A stretch of DNA of 61,388 bases, counting the filler. It is 3 parts of 3 records of this genome, joined end to end, with 100 filler letters (N's around TTAATTAATTAA, not from the genome) between each part and the next. Parts side by side here need not be neighbours in the genome. Positions count along the whole stretch, not along the records: positions 27,872 to 42,921 come from SRR22947725_115; 2 more parts are not named here. One strand, given 5' to 3'. The notes beneath the pieces were generated by a model. That model had not been told where the DNA came from. It did not search any database and saw nothing but the letters and a program-made list of their open reading frames with translations. Shown here in pieces: positions 30,194 through 39,728 of the stretch. Positions within the stretch are counted from its first letter, which is position 1; each line of letters starts with the position of its first letter. The position numbers were made by a program, and so were the translations under genes.

Positions 30194-31267
30194 TTATGTT
30201 TTTATTTTTAGTTTACCAAAATTACTTAGACTTTGGTAAGGAATAATTTTATTATAAATTTTTGAAGGTTTTAAAAATTTTTTTTCATTAAAATATATTT
30301 TAATGATGTTATCAATGAGTGGAAAGCCCGCCGCTTCTGCAACTACAAAACTTCCACTAGGTCTTGGATTTATTTCAAGTATTTTGAATTTATTTTTATT
30401 ATCAATCATTAAATCACAATCATGTAAAAAATTTAAATTAAAAATTTTACTCAATTTTTTTGCCAGTAAATTTAATTTTTTATTATTAACAATAATATGT
30501 CCACTATTTGGCAATGCTGAATGCATTCTTCTCCTGCAAACTGAACTTATTAAAGAACCGTTTTTTGATAAAATATCTAAATCGTAAACAGGTGTTTTTA
30601 ATTTTTCCATCATTAATAAAGGGTACTTTTTCTTTAAAAAATTTTTATAGTTTTTTTTAAAATCTTTTAAATTTAAATGTTTTTCTCTACTATTCTGAAA
30701 ACTCGTAATTTTTTTTAACTTATTATTAATTACATAAACGTCTCTTCCACCTCTTGATATTGCCGGTTTAATACAAAAATCCAAACGCTTTCTCTCAAAA
30801 TTGTTAATTGCTTTCAATACCTCTCCCTCTTTTTTTATCTCAAACCAGTAAGGGAGTTCTATTTTATTTTTTTCTAATAATTTATAGGTTTCTATTTTAT
30901 TTGATATTTTAATTAAGTTTTTATAGTCGCTACAAGCTATTTTTACATGAGAATATTGATATTTTTTTGATAGCACTAAACTTTCTTCATCTGAAGTAAC
31001 TAGTATCAAATCAATCTTATTTTTTTTTACTATTTGATCAATTTTTTTTAAATATGAAGATTTGTATCCTTTTGGAACTTGATAGAATTTATCAAGAAAT
31101 TTTTTTGCTGCTAAATCATCACCTTTTTTAATATCGGTTCCAAAAATTTTTATTTTTTTTGTAATTTTATTTTCTCTAAATCTTAAAACAATTTCAGGAC
31201 CGTAATCTCCTCCCACACAAGTTATCAATATGTTTAAATTTAAAGATTTTTTTGTTTTTTTAGTCAT
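30194..31267 (-). CDS. ATP-grasp protein (CarB-like carboxylate-amine ligase)
   Basis: ILITCVGG, KPAISRGGR, LEINPRPSG. Confidence 0.8.
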   Translation of the reverse strand: MTKKTKKSLNLNILITCVGGDYGPEIVLRFRENKITKKIKIFGTDIKKGDDLAAKKFLDKFYQVPKGYKSSYLKKIDQIVKKNKIDLILVTSDEESLVLSKKYQYSHVKIACSDYKNLIKISNKIETYKLLEKNKIELPYWFEIKKEGEVLKAINNFERKRLDFCIKPAISRGGRDVYVINNKLKKITSFQNSREKHLNLKDFKKNYKNFLKKKYPLLMMEKLKTPVYDLDILSKNGSLISSVCRRRMHSALPNSGHIIVNNKKLNLLAKKLSKIFNLNFLHDCDLMIDNKNKFKILEINPRPSGSFVVAEAAGFPLIDNIIKIYFNEKKFLKPSKIYNKIIPYQSLSNFGKLKIKT

Positions 31268-33315
31268 TAATTTAACCTTCCAAAAGGTACCCGGCTTACT
31301 TCACTTTTTAAAAATTCAGAAGAGTTTATTTTATTTTTTTGAAAATATCTTATTTCTTTAAAAACTTTATCAAGAATTTTTCTATACTTAATTAAAGATT
31401 TTGTATCATGTGCATAGCTTGGATAAAAACTCGTTGTAGCTAAAATATTATGTTTTAAAAACTCCTGAGTCAAAAAAGTTTTAAATTCATCATTTCTTTC
31501 TAAAAATGTAAATTTTGCTAATGTAGGTATCCCAAAAACTTTAATATTTACTTTATTCTTTTTAGCTGTTGTTTTCCAAATATTCATCATTGCTTTACCA
31601 ATAGAATTTACTTTTTTCCATGGCTTAATTTTTTCCATCAATTCAATAGTTTTCATACCTGCACTTGGCCCTATTCTTTCAGTCCAAAATGTGCTGCTGA
31701 TAAAACTTTTCGATGAATTATTCATTAATTCTTTTTTTCCCAAAACTGCAGTTATCGCATAACCATTTCCAAGTGTTTTTCCCAAAATCAATATGTCGGG
31801 ATAAACTTTTATTTTCTTATGCATTCCACCTAAACATTCTCTAAAACCAGTTGTACACTCATCAAATATTAAGATTATTTTATTTTTTATGCATAGATTT
31901 TTAACTTTTTTCAGAAATGCTATATTTGGTTTAGAGCTTCTGCAGACCTCCATTTTTATAATTCCAATATTTTTTTTATAGATTAATTTTTTTAAACTTT
32001 TAATATCACCATAATTAAAGGGAAACGATGTATCTTTAAGTTTTTTTGAAACACCCAGAGGTGTCAGGCCTTTTAATAAATGTTTATCTAAATTTTTTTT
32101 ACTTTTTAAATTTGCAGCTAAATACCAATCATGCCACCCATGATATCCGCAAATAGCAACGTTTTGTTTTTTGGTATTAGATCTTGCTACTCTTATCGCT
32201 ATAGAATTAGCTTCACCTCCAGTTCTAGCAAATTTTACTTTTCCAAACCATGGATGAAGTTCTAAAAGTTTTTCAGATAAGCTTACTTCTTCAGGACAGT
32301 TTAGAGTACTTAGATTTCCTTTTTTAATTGTCTCAATAACAGCATTGTCAATTTGCTTAATGGAATAACCTAATAAATTTGTTCCTACCCCCATAGTACA
32401 CATATCTAAAAATTTTCTTTGGTTAAGATCCCAAACATAGGCCCCTTTAGTTTTTGAAAAATAAGTTGGCCAAAGATTAGGCAATATCATTTTATGATTT
32501 TTCGACAAAAGCATATTTTCACCCATTATGTTTTCTTTTGCTTTATTTATATAAATTAAATTTTTTGATTTTTTTGAATCATTTTTTTTTAAAAATTGAA
32601 TTATTTCTTTAAAACTAAAATAAATATTTGGATAAAAATTTTCAAATATTTCTTTTATTTTTTTAAAATCTTTAGATGTATCAACTGATAATTTGAGGTT
32701 TTTAGTATTTGGATACGGCGACTCAGGAATACACAATTTTAATTTCCTTAAAAAATCTATTTTTTTTTTCTTTAAATAAGGGGTAATAACTCCACCCTCT
32801 ACTCTGCTTTTTAAAGGTATTTTTTTTTCAATTTTTTCTAATAAATCAAAACTAAATATTTCAATATCAAAACCATCTGGGTAATAAGATTTTTTATTTT
32901 TTACAAATCTATTGTCTATAAGATGGTAAGTATTACATAGATAAGAACTTTTTTTCTTTTTGTAAATTTTTATAAAATTATCTATTAAGTTAGCGTCAAC
33001 TAAAGCACAGTCTGATGTAATTCTTATAATAGTCTTTGTTTTATATTTTTTTGCTGCATTATAAAATCTGTTAAGAGTGTCGTTCTCTTTGCCTCTAAAA
33101 GTTAAAATCTTATTTTTTTTTGCAATTTTAATTAAAATATCATTTTCTTTTTTTTTAGATGTAGCCAGTATAATGTTATCAATTAATCTGCTTTTTTGAA
33201 TTCTTTTTATTACGATTTCAATTAAGCTAAGATTATTTTTTGTAAGCTTTAGTAAATTTTTTCCTGGCAATCTCTTGGAGCCCATTCTTGACTGAATTAT
33301 AACATTAATGGACAT
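31267..33315 (-). CDS. Fusion: SpsF-type cytidylyltransferase + class III (GSA-like) PLP aminotransferase
   Basis: N-terminal IQSRMGSKRLPGK, RITSDC, YPDGFDIE, LSVDT; C-terminal FARTGGEA, GYHGWHDW, FDECTTGFR, GKTLGNGY. Confidence 0.9.
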   Translation of the reverse strand: MSINVIIQSRMGSKRLPGKNLLKLTKNNLSLIEIVIKRIQKSRLIDNIILATSKKKENDILIKIAKKNKILTFRGKENDTLNRFYNAAKKYKTKTIIRITSDCALVDANLIDNFIKIYKKKKSSYLCNTYHLIDNRFVKNKKSYYPDGFDIEIFSFDLLEKIEKKIPLKSRVEGGVITPYLKKKKIDFLRKLKLCIPESPYPNTKNLKLSVDTSKDFKKIKEIFENFYPNIYFSFKEIIQFLKKNDSKKSKNLIYINKAKENIMGENMLLSKNHKMILPNLWPTYFSKTKGAYVWDLNQRKFLDMCTMGVGTNLLGYSIKQIDNAVIETIKKGNLSTLNCPEEVSLSEKLLELHPWFGKVKFARTGGEANSIAIRVARSNTKKQNVAICGYHGWHDWYLAANLKSKKNLDKHLLKGLTPLGVSKKLKDTSFPFNYGDIKSLKKLIYKKNIGIIKMEVCRSSKPNIAFLKKVKNLCIKNKIILIFDECTTGFRECLGGMHKKIKVYPDILILGKTLGNGYAITAVLGKKELMNNSSKSFISSTFWTERIGPSAGMKTIELMEKIKPWKKVNSIGKAMMNIWKTTAKKNKVNIKVFGIPTLAKFTFLERNDEFKTFLTQEFLKHNILATTSFYPSYAHDTKSLIKYRKILDKVFKEIRYFQKNKINSSEFLKSEVSRVPFGRLN

Positions 33316-33671
33316 TATATTTTTCTCTTATTTTGATCTTCAATAACTTCAGAAGTTTTAGATAGCACATATGAATTCCAAACATTGCCATTATGTATTT
33401 TTTTATTTTTTATATCCCGATGATTATAAATTTCTCCATTGAAACTTAAATAATGATTTTTATTTTTTGAAAATGGTAGTTTTATTTTTTCATTAGGAGA
33501 GACTATTGCTAGTCTATTATTTGCTAAACCACAATTTTGTTTATTGCTTATATATATTCCGTTTTGATCAGGGCCTCTATGTGATATTTCTTTTAAAATT
33601 TTCTTAAGTTTAAATTCTAAATCATTTATTTTTGTTCCATCTAAACTGTAAATACCTGCTACTTCACACAT
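33315..33671 (-). pseudogene. Collapsed AsnB-type amidotransferase remnant
   Basis: Only 118 aa: MCEVAG, HRGPD, RLAIV, FNGEIYNH, then an unrelated short tail; no synthetase domain. Confidence 0.75.
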
Positions 33672-33695
33672 AATTTTTTGATTTTCTAAAATATT

Positions 33696-34382
33696 TTAGT
33701 CTATATTTCTTAATAGTTGAAATGCTTCTGCGAATTTAAGACCGACAGACTGCCCTCTGTACATTGCTAAGGTCTTTACACCCTTTTCTGATCTTGGGTG
33801 TGGCCAATTAAAAACTTCTTTTTTATAACATTTAATTGATTTTATTTTATGATTTATTGTTTTTGTGACATCTACAAAATAGTTAGGATTAAATATTTTT
33901 TTTTTATTTGAAAATCTCCATTCTGTGCTTGATAGTGTTTCGAATAAAAGTATTTTTTTAACTATCTCGTTAGGTTTAGGTCTAGTAGCGGTCACAACTG
34001 CTCTATTAATTATTTGATGATCATAGTTTAGATCGTTTTCAAAATGTGTCAAAATTAATTCAGGTTTAATTTTTTTAATAAATTGTTCAATTTTTTTAAC
34101 AATTTCTAACAGTGGTATTGTATCCAATTTATTATCTGGAAATGAGTGATAATAACACTTTTTAATACCCATTATTTTTGCTGCATTTTCTGAATGTTTT
34201 TTTCTTTCTCTTATTTTTTTTGCATCATTTACACTATTAGTTCGTGCTAAAACACCATCTGTGAAATATACAGCAAATATTTTGTTTTTTTTATTTGCAA
34301 GTTTTCTAATAGTGCCTCCGCAACCAAAAGCATCGTCATCTGGATGTGCTGCTACCACAAGTATATTTTTATTTCTTGTCAT
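33696..34382 (-). CDS. PIG-L/LmbE-family N-deacetylase
   Basis: AAHPDDD.FGCGG, DLNYDH, ETLSSTEW, PHPRS, AEAF. Confidence 0.88.
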   Translation of the reverse strand: MTRNKNILVVAAHPDDDAFGCGGTIRKLANKKNKIFAVYFTDGVLARTNSVNDAKKIRERKKHSENAAKIMGIKKCYYHSFPDNKLDTIPLLEIVKKIEQFIKKIKPELILTHFENDLNYDHQIINRAVVTATRPKPNEIVKKILLFETLSSTEWRFSNKKKIFNPNYFVDVTKTINHKIKSIKCYKKEVFNWPHPRSEKGVKTLAMYRGQSVGLKFAEAFQLLRNID

Positions 34383-34408
34383 TTAAGTATCTTCAGAATT
34401 AAATAAAG

Positions 34409-34885
34409 TTAATTAGATTTATATACCATATAAATATAATTTTTACTATTAGCAACATGTCCAAATAATTTTTTTTGATATTTTGTTTCAAAAAAATTAT
34501 TTTTTTTTAAACATATTACAGAACCAATATTTTTGTTTTTTACTCTAGCAATAATTTTTAATTTTTTTTTATTAAATCTTTTTAATGCTTGATAAAGTAA
34601 TAATGTCCCTCTGTTATTTCCAAAAAATTTAATTTTTAATGCTAATGAAATTTCAAAAATTTTTTTATTTACTTCTGAAAAACGAACATAACCTATTTTT
34701 CTATTTTTATAATTTGCAATGTATATTATAGATTTTTTTTCTTTCAAAAAACTTTTTAAGAACCATTTTTTATGCTCTAAAAATGATATCTTTTTTTTTT
34801 TATAGAATAAATTTTTTGATATATAAAAATTATATAAATTAAATATAAATCTAATATCTTTTAAAGTTGCATTACGAATAATCAT
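34409..34885 (-). CDS. GNAT acyltransferase (PseH-like)
   Basis: ISFLEHKKWF, IGYVRF, FEISLA, KNIGS; sits in the nonulosonate cluster. Confidence 0.7.
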   Translation of the reverse strand: MIIRNATLKDIRFIFNLYNFYISKNLFYKKKKISFLEHKKWFLKSFLKEKKSIIYIANYKNRKIGYVRFSEVNKKIFEISLALKIKFFGNNRGTLLLYQALKRFNKKKLKIIARVKNKNIGSVICLKKNNFFETKYQKKLFGHVANSKNYIYMVYKSN

Positions 34886-35736
34886 TAAGAATCAAATTTT
34901 AACCAATGTATAGGGTCTATTAATTCTTTTCTATCTATTTTAAATTTAGGTAATTTAATATACTTAAAATCATTTTTTAAAATTTCCTTAAGTTGTTCCA
35001 TGCTGTTAACCCCGATAACTATTTTATCTGGATTAGCGCTAAGTGCATGATTAAGGCAAACTGAAATTTTTTTCATTCCAGTATCACGTAAGCTTTTTTC
35101 AATTTCTGTCCAATTTTTTTTAAGTTTTTTGAGTTCTTTCGGTAATTGTTTTTTGCTTTTAAGTAATAAACCTTGCAAAAATATTGATCTAAGATGTATT
35201 TCAATTTTTTTTCCGTTTATAATTTTTTTTGTTTTATTTAAAATATTTAAATTTAAAATGTTATATGGCAGTTGTATGTAATCAAAGTTATATCTATTTA
35301 AGATGTAAGATAATTTTTTAGTGCTGTATATTGAGATTCCTATTTTTTTTATTTTTCTAATTTTTTTTAATTCTAATAAATACCTCATTATTTTTAAGCC
35401 TTTAAGGCTTAAAAGATTTTCAGGTTTTCTTAACGTAACTGCATAACATTTTCTTGAAATTTTATCATTAAAAAGATAACGATTTATTTTTTCTTTTAAA
35501 CTTCCTGTGTCGAAAAAATTATCACTTAAGTCAATTTTTTTATAAAGATTAAAATTTTTAAAAATAGTTCTCTTTATTTTATAATCATCGGCTGTATCTA
35601 AGTAATTAATTTTATTTTTTTTCGCAAATTTTAATAAATATTTAATTTTATTTGAGGAGATTTTATTATTTAACAAGCCATATTGTTTCTCAAAATTTGC
35701 AGTTCCAATAATTATTTTATTCATTAAATTCTTCAA
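34885..35736 (-). CDS. Aldo/keto reductase
   Basis: IGTANF...YG, LDTADDY, KIGISIY, QLPYNI, RSIFLQGLLL. Confidence 0.82.
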   Translation of the reverse strand: MKNLMNKIIIGTANFEKQYGLLNNKISSNKIKYLLKFAKKNKINYLDTADDYKIKRTIFKNFNLYKKIDLSDNFFDTGSLKEKINRYLFNDKISRKCYAVTLRKPENLLSLKGLKIMRYLLELKKIRKIKKIGISIYSTKKLSYILNRYNFDYIQLPYNILNLNILNKTKKIINGKKIEIHLRSIFLQGLLLKSKKQLPKELKKLKKNWTEIEKSLRDTGMKKISVCLNHALSANPDKIVIGVNSMEQLKEILKNDFKYIKLPKFKIDRKELIDPIHWLKFDS

Positions 35737-36743
35737 ACTATAAATTTCTTATTTATTACGCTGTCTGGTTTAATTGTTTTTTTTACTTTTTTTCCTATCA
35801 TTCTAAAAAAATATTTTGGTTCCATTCTTGGTCCTGGTGAATTCACCCTTTTTATTGAAATATTCTTTTTTGATAACTTTTCTCCCTTTTTAATCTCTAT
35901 TCTCGAAACAATCGTCCTTTGAAAATATTTTTTAGTTTTCAATTCTTCTTTAGTAGGAAATCCATATTTATTACCTAGTGATGCTTCAGTTAGTCTTATC
36001 TTTTGAACCATATTCTTAAATTCTTTTGGCATTAAAGAAATTTTGTGATCAGCTCCTGTATCTTTATTATTTAGGGTAAAGTGTTTTTCAATTATCTTGG
36101 CTCCAATACTAACTGCAACTATACAACCTAAATCTCCTAATGAATGATCGGAAAATCCTATCGGAATATTTCTAAATTTTTTCTTTAACGTAAAAATCCC
36201 AGATAAATTGAGTTTAGAAATTTCAGCGGGATAAATTGATGTGCACTTTAATATTGAAAATTTATTATGATATTTTTTAACTACATCTACTGCTTGTTTT
36301 ATCTCTAAAAGATTTGAAAAACCTGACGATAATATAAGAGGAATTTTCAATGACGCTGCTTCAGAAATTAAAGGGTGATTAGTCAGCAGCCCAGAAGATA
36401 TTTTTATTGCGGGAAATTTCAATTTTTTAACAATTTCTAAACTAGAAAAATCTCCTGGTGTTGCAAAAAGTATAATTTTTAACTTTTTTGCATATGCTTT
36501 TATCTTTTTTATTTCATCATATGTAAGATGGTTTTTTTTAAAAATTTTGTAAGATTTTGTATTTTTAGCATAACTCTCGTCTGGGTTAATTATTTGCAAT
36601 TTTACAGCATCGGCACCAGAATCTTTTGCTTTTTTAATTAATTTCTTACAATGAGATAAAACTCCATTATGGTTAACGCCAATTTCCGCAATTACAAATA
36701 CTCTTTTTTTGCCTACTATTTTATTGCCTATTTTAAAATTCAT
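35733..36743 (-). CDS. Nonulosonic acid synthase (NeuB/PseI family) with SAF domain
   Basis: IAEIGVNHNG, GADAVKLQ, CTSIYP, GFSDHSLG, IEKHFTL, DHKISL. Confidence 0.93.
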   Translation of the reverse strand: MNFKIGNKIVGKKRVFVIAEIGVNHNGVLSHCKKLIKKAKDSGADAVKLQIINPDESYAKNTKSYKIFKKNHLTYDEIKKIKAYAKKLKIILFATPGDFSSLEIVKKLKFPAIKISSGLLTNHPLISEAASLKIPLILSSGFSNLLEIKQAVDVVKKYHNKFSILKCTSIYPAEISKLNLSGIFTLKKKFRNIPIGFSDHSLGDLGCIVAVSIGAKIIEKHFTLNNKDTGADHKISLMPKEFKNMVQKIRLTEASLGNKYGFPTKEELKTKKYFQRTIVSRIEIKKGEKLSKKNISIKRVNSPGPRMEPKYFFRMIGKKVKKTIKPDSVINKKFIV

Positions 36744-36747
36744 TATT

Positions 36748-37944
36748 TTATTTATTTATAAGGGAAAAATATTTATTGGCCATTATATTTGTATTAAATT
36801 TTTTATCAATTTCAGATTTTGCAAGATAAGCCTTTTTTATGAATTTTTTTCTATTAAGAGAAAAGTTTATAAGTTCTTTTTTCAACATAAATTCATTATT
36901 AACATTTATTAATGTTCCATTCTTGTGATTTAAAAATTCTTTTACAGCACCAACATCAGTGGCTATAACTGGGGTGCCGGCAACCATAGATTCTCCAATT
37001 GTTAAACCGAAACCTTCGTAATCTCTAGTTAGTGAAAGACACAAGTCAAAACTTGTTAAAATTTTTATACTTTCTAAATCAATAAAACCCGTGAAATAGA
37101 TATTTTTTATATTATTTTTTTTACATTTTGTTTTTAATTTTTTTACATAGCTATCCTCGCCGTCTCCGATAATATAAAAATTCATTTGTTTAATTTTTGA
37201 ATTATTATTGTTTTTTATAAGCATATTTACTAAATCCTCTTGGCCTTTATTTGGCGTAACTCTTGAAAGCATGCAAATATTAATTTTATTTTTTTTCTTT
37301 ATAATTTTTTGAAGGTAGTTTTTCTTTTTAATATCAGTTTTAGGTATACCATTATGGATTACAATTGGATTAAATTTATTTTTAAATACAAAATTACAAT
37401 TTTTCTTTAAGCTTTTTTTTGAAGCTCTTGAAACAGTTACAAACTTGGTTGAAAATTTTTTTATCAATGAATTTATAATACTATTTAAAAATTTAGTAAA
37501 AATTCTAGATTTTTCACATTTATGATGAATAACAATTATTTTTTTTTTTAGTCCTAAGATTTTAGCTGCTATTATGGATGCTTGTTCACTTCTTAAGTTC
37601 CCATAATTACCACATTGAGCTATTAACACATCAAAATTTCTACCTTTTAATCTTTTTATAAAGATGATTACAGAGATAATAAATAATATTGGTTTCAAGA
37701 AAAAGTAGATAGTTCGTAGTAACAAATTATCAAATTTTATTGTAAAAAATGAAAAGTATGTTTCTAGATTAATATCATTAAATTTCTTTAGTCTTCTTTT
37801 TAGATATTTCGAAGCCTCATTGTTATGATTTGTTAGAATGGTGATATTAAATTTCTTAAATTTTTTATTTGAAACTAAATTATACAAATAAGTATCTACA
37901 CCTCCAATTTTAAGAGAGTCCCATACAATAATTATATTTTTCAT
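36748..37944 (-). CDS. GT4 (GT-B) glycosyltransferase
   Basis: GGVDTY, IHNGI, KGQ, EGFGLTIGESM, PVIATDVG. Confidence 0.9.
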   Translation of the reverse strand: MKNIIIVWDSLKIGGVDTYLYNLVSNKKFKKFNITILTNHNNEASKYLKRRLKKFNDINLETYFSFFTIKFDNLLLRTIYFFLKPILFIISVIIFIKRLKGRNFDVLIAQCGNYGNLRSEQASIIAAKILGLKKKIIVIHHKCEKSRIFTKFLNSIINSLIKKFSTKFVTVSRASKKSLKKNCNFVFKNKFNPIVIHNGIPKTDIKKKNYLQKIIKKKNKINICMLSRVTPNKGQEDLVNMLIKNNNNSKIKQMNFYIIGDGEDSYVKKLKTKCKKNNIKNIYFTGFIDLESIKILTSFDLCLSLTRDYEGFGLTIGESMVAGTPVIATDVGAVKEFLNHKNGTLINVNNEFMLKKELINFSLNRKKFIKKAYLAKSEIDKKFNTNIMANKYFSLINK

Positions 37945-37953
37945 TTTATTAAA

Positions 37954-39714
37954 TTAATCCTTTATCCATGAACTTGGTAAATGATCAATAACGTTAAAAT
38001 AGCTCCTTAAGTAGTCAGTTCTTAAATTTTGTATATTTTTTTTCTCCCACCAACCATTAGGATTTGCCCAGATATTTTTAATATGTTCTTTTAATTTTGT
38101 CGTGTCATCGAATGACATTTTATTTTTTTTCATTTTAATAAGGAAATTTCTACTTCTTTTATCCAATAGAATTTCTTTTTCATTGCAAAATAATAAAGTT
38201 GGAATATTTAATGAAAGAGCTTCTGAAAAAGACGTTGAGGGGAAATTACAAATTATCAATTTAGAATGTTTTAAAACCTTTGCAAATGATTTACTTATTT
38301 CAAAATTCCTGCTATTTTTTTTTGAATTTAGAACAGTGTCATAAAATCTATTTTCTGACTCTAAACCGTAGTTTCGAAGAGGCCTAAAAACAGTTGTATC
38401 TCTAATTTCCCTTGGAAGTTTTTTAGAGACGTAGATTAAATTATTTAAAGCTTTATTTTGATTTTCAAAACTCTGTAAAGCATCATATTCAATTGTAAAT
38501 TTTCTACTTTCGTAAAATAGAATAGATAAATGATTTTTGATATCAATGTTTAAATTTAAATTTAAGCTAGATAGTGTTGGATTAATAAATATTTTTTTTT
38601 TTGAAGAAATATTTTTCCCGTGAGAATGTTTTCCCCAAACAGCAAAATTATCAAAAATTTTTTTTTGGATATATAAATGATTTGGTATATTTTGAAAACT
38701 AAAACCTCCGCCGTGATCACATTGAATTATTTTTGTTTTATTCCTTCTTGCCAAAACAAGAAATATTCTAAATATTTCATTATGATAAAATGAAATTGAT
38801 GTTATTATTTTTTTTTTTTTGGGATATTGATTTAGGTGTTTAATTATTTGATTAAAGTTTTCTAAATAATTTTTTGGTATATTATTTACTATTATATCAC
38901 TAATCATTTTTTCCAACTTTGAAAAGTTTGATCTTCTAATAGAACTTTTCAGACTATTTCTTTTGTTAAGATCTAAATTTGAACTGAAATTTAGTTGAAA
39001 AAGTTTAAAAACCTTATAAGGAAAAATTCCAAAACTTAAACAAATTTTAATAAATTCAAATTTTGGATAATATATAGACTCAAAAACTATTTTATTAAAT
39101 TTGTATGAAAATTTTGAAAGAGAAATTTGTAAATAATTTTTAAGTTTTGAGATTATAGTAAATTTTTCTTTTTTAATAATTATTTCATTGTCTTTAAACC
39201 TTTTTTTTTTAATTTCTATTTTAAGATTTTTGTTTCTTTTAAAAATATCTAGAATTAAAAAATTATTAAAGCCCTCTGTCTGAATGACTTTTAAAAAATC
39301 AATAGATGAATTACATAAAAATTTGTTCTCTTTTTCTAATATATCGTTTACAGCTATCTTTTTTATTTCATTCCTCAAAAGAAATTCATCAATCATAAAT
39401 TTCCTATCTAAAATCATATATGTAAAAGATTTAATAAATGGGTAAAGGATAATTTCGTATTCTTCTTTAGATAATTTTTTATAAAAATTGTTTGATAGTT
39501 TATTGTATAAAAATTTAATTATCTTAAGCGAAATAGTGTGAGATAGTCTATTTCTTTTAATTCTGTTTTTATTATTTTGAGCATTAAAAAAATTTTCAGT
39601 TTTAACATCATATTGTTTTTTTTTGAAATCTTTAGCCCAATAACAGAGATTCAAGTTTTTGTAATTTTGATAAAACTTATCTGAGGGTGTGACTCGAAGA
39701 AACACTTTCTTCAT
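37954..39714 (-). CDS. Putative transferase (LIC12162-family-like), candidate nonulosonate transferase
   Basis: HGGG, AVWG, STSFSEALSLNIPT, C-terminal W..P..WW pattern; position in the sugar cluster. Family call is from memory. Confidence 0.6.
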   Translation of the reverse strand: MKKVFLRVTPSDKFYQNYKNLNLCYWAKDFKKKQYDVKTENFFNAQNNKNRIKRNRLSHTISLKIIKFLYNKLSNNFYKKLSKEEYEIILYPFIKSFTYMILDRKFMIDEFLLRNEIKKIAVNDILEKENKFLCNSSIDFLKVIQTEGFNNFLILDIFKRNKNLKIEIKKKRFKDNEIIIKKEKFTIISKLKNYLQISLSKFSYKFNKIVFESIYYPKFEFIKICLSFGIFPYKVFKLFQLNFSSNLDLNKRNSLKSSIRRSNFSKLEKMISDIIVNNIPKNYLENFNQIIKHLNQYPKKKKIITSISFYHNEIFRIFLVLARRNKTKIIQCDHGGGFSFQNIPNHLYIQKKIFDNFAVWGKHSHGKNISSKKKIFINPTLSSLNLNLNIDIKNHLSILFYESRKFTIEYDALQSFENQNKALNNLIYVSKKLPREIRDTTVFRPLRNYGLESENRFYDTVLNSKKNSRNFEISKSFAKVLKHSKLIICNFPSTSFSEALSLNIPTLLFCNEKEILLDKRSRNFLIKMKKNKMSFDDTTKLKEHIKNIWANPNGWWEKKNIQNLRTDYLRSYFNVIDHLPSSWIKD

Positions 39715-39728
39715 TATAATTTTTTAAA

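Noticed and set aside
13298-36743. Idea that PhaAB supplies 3-hydroxybutyryl groups to the nonulosonate pathway
   Set aside because: The loci are on different contigs joined artificially, so proximity is not evidence.
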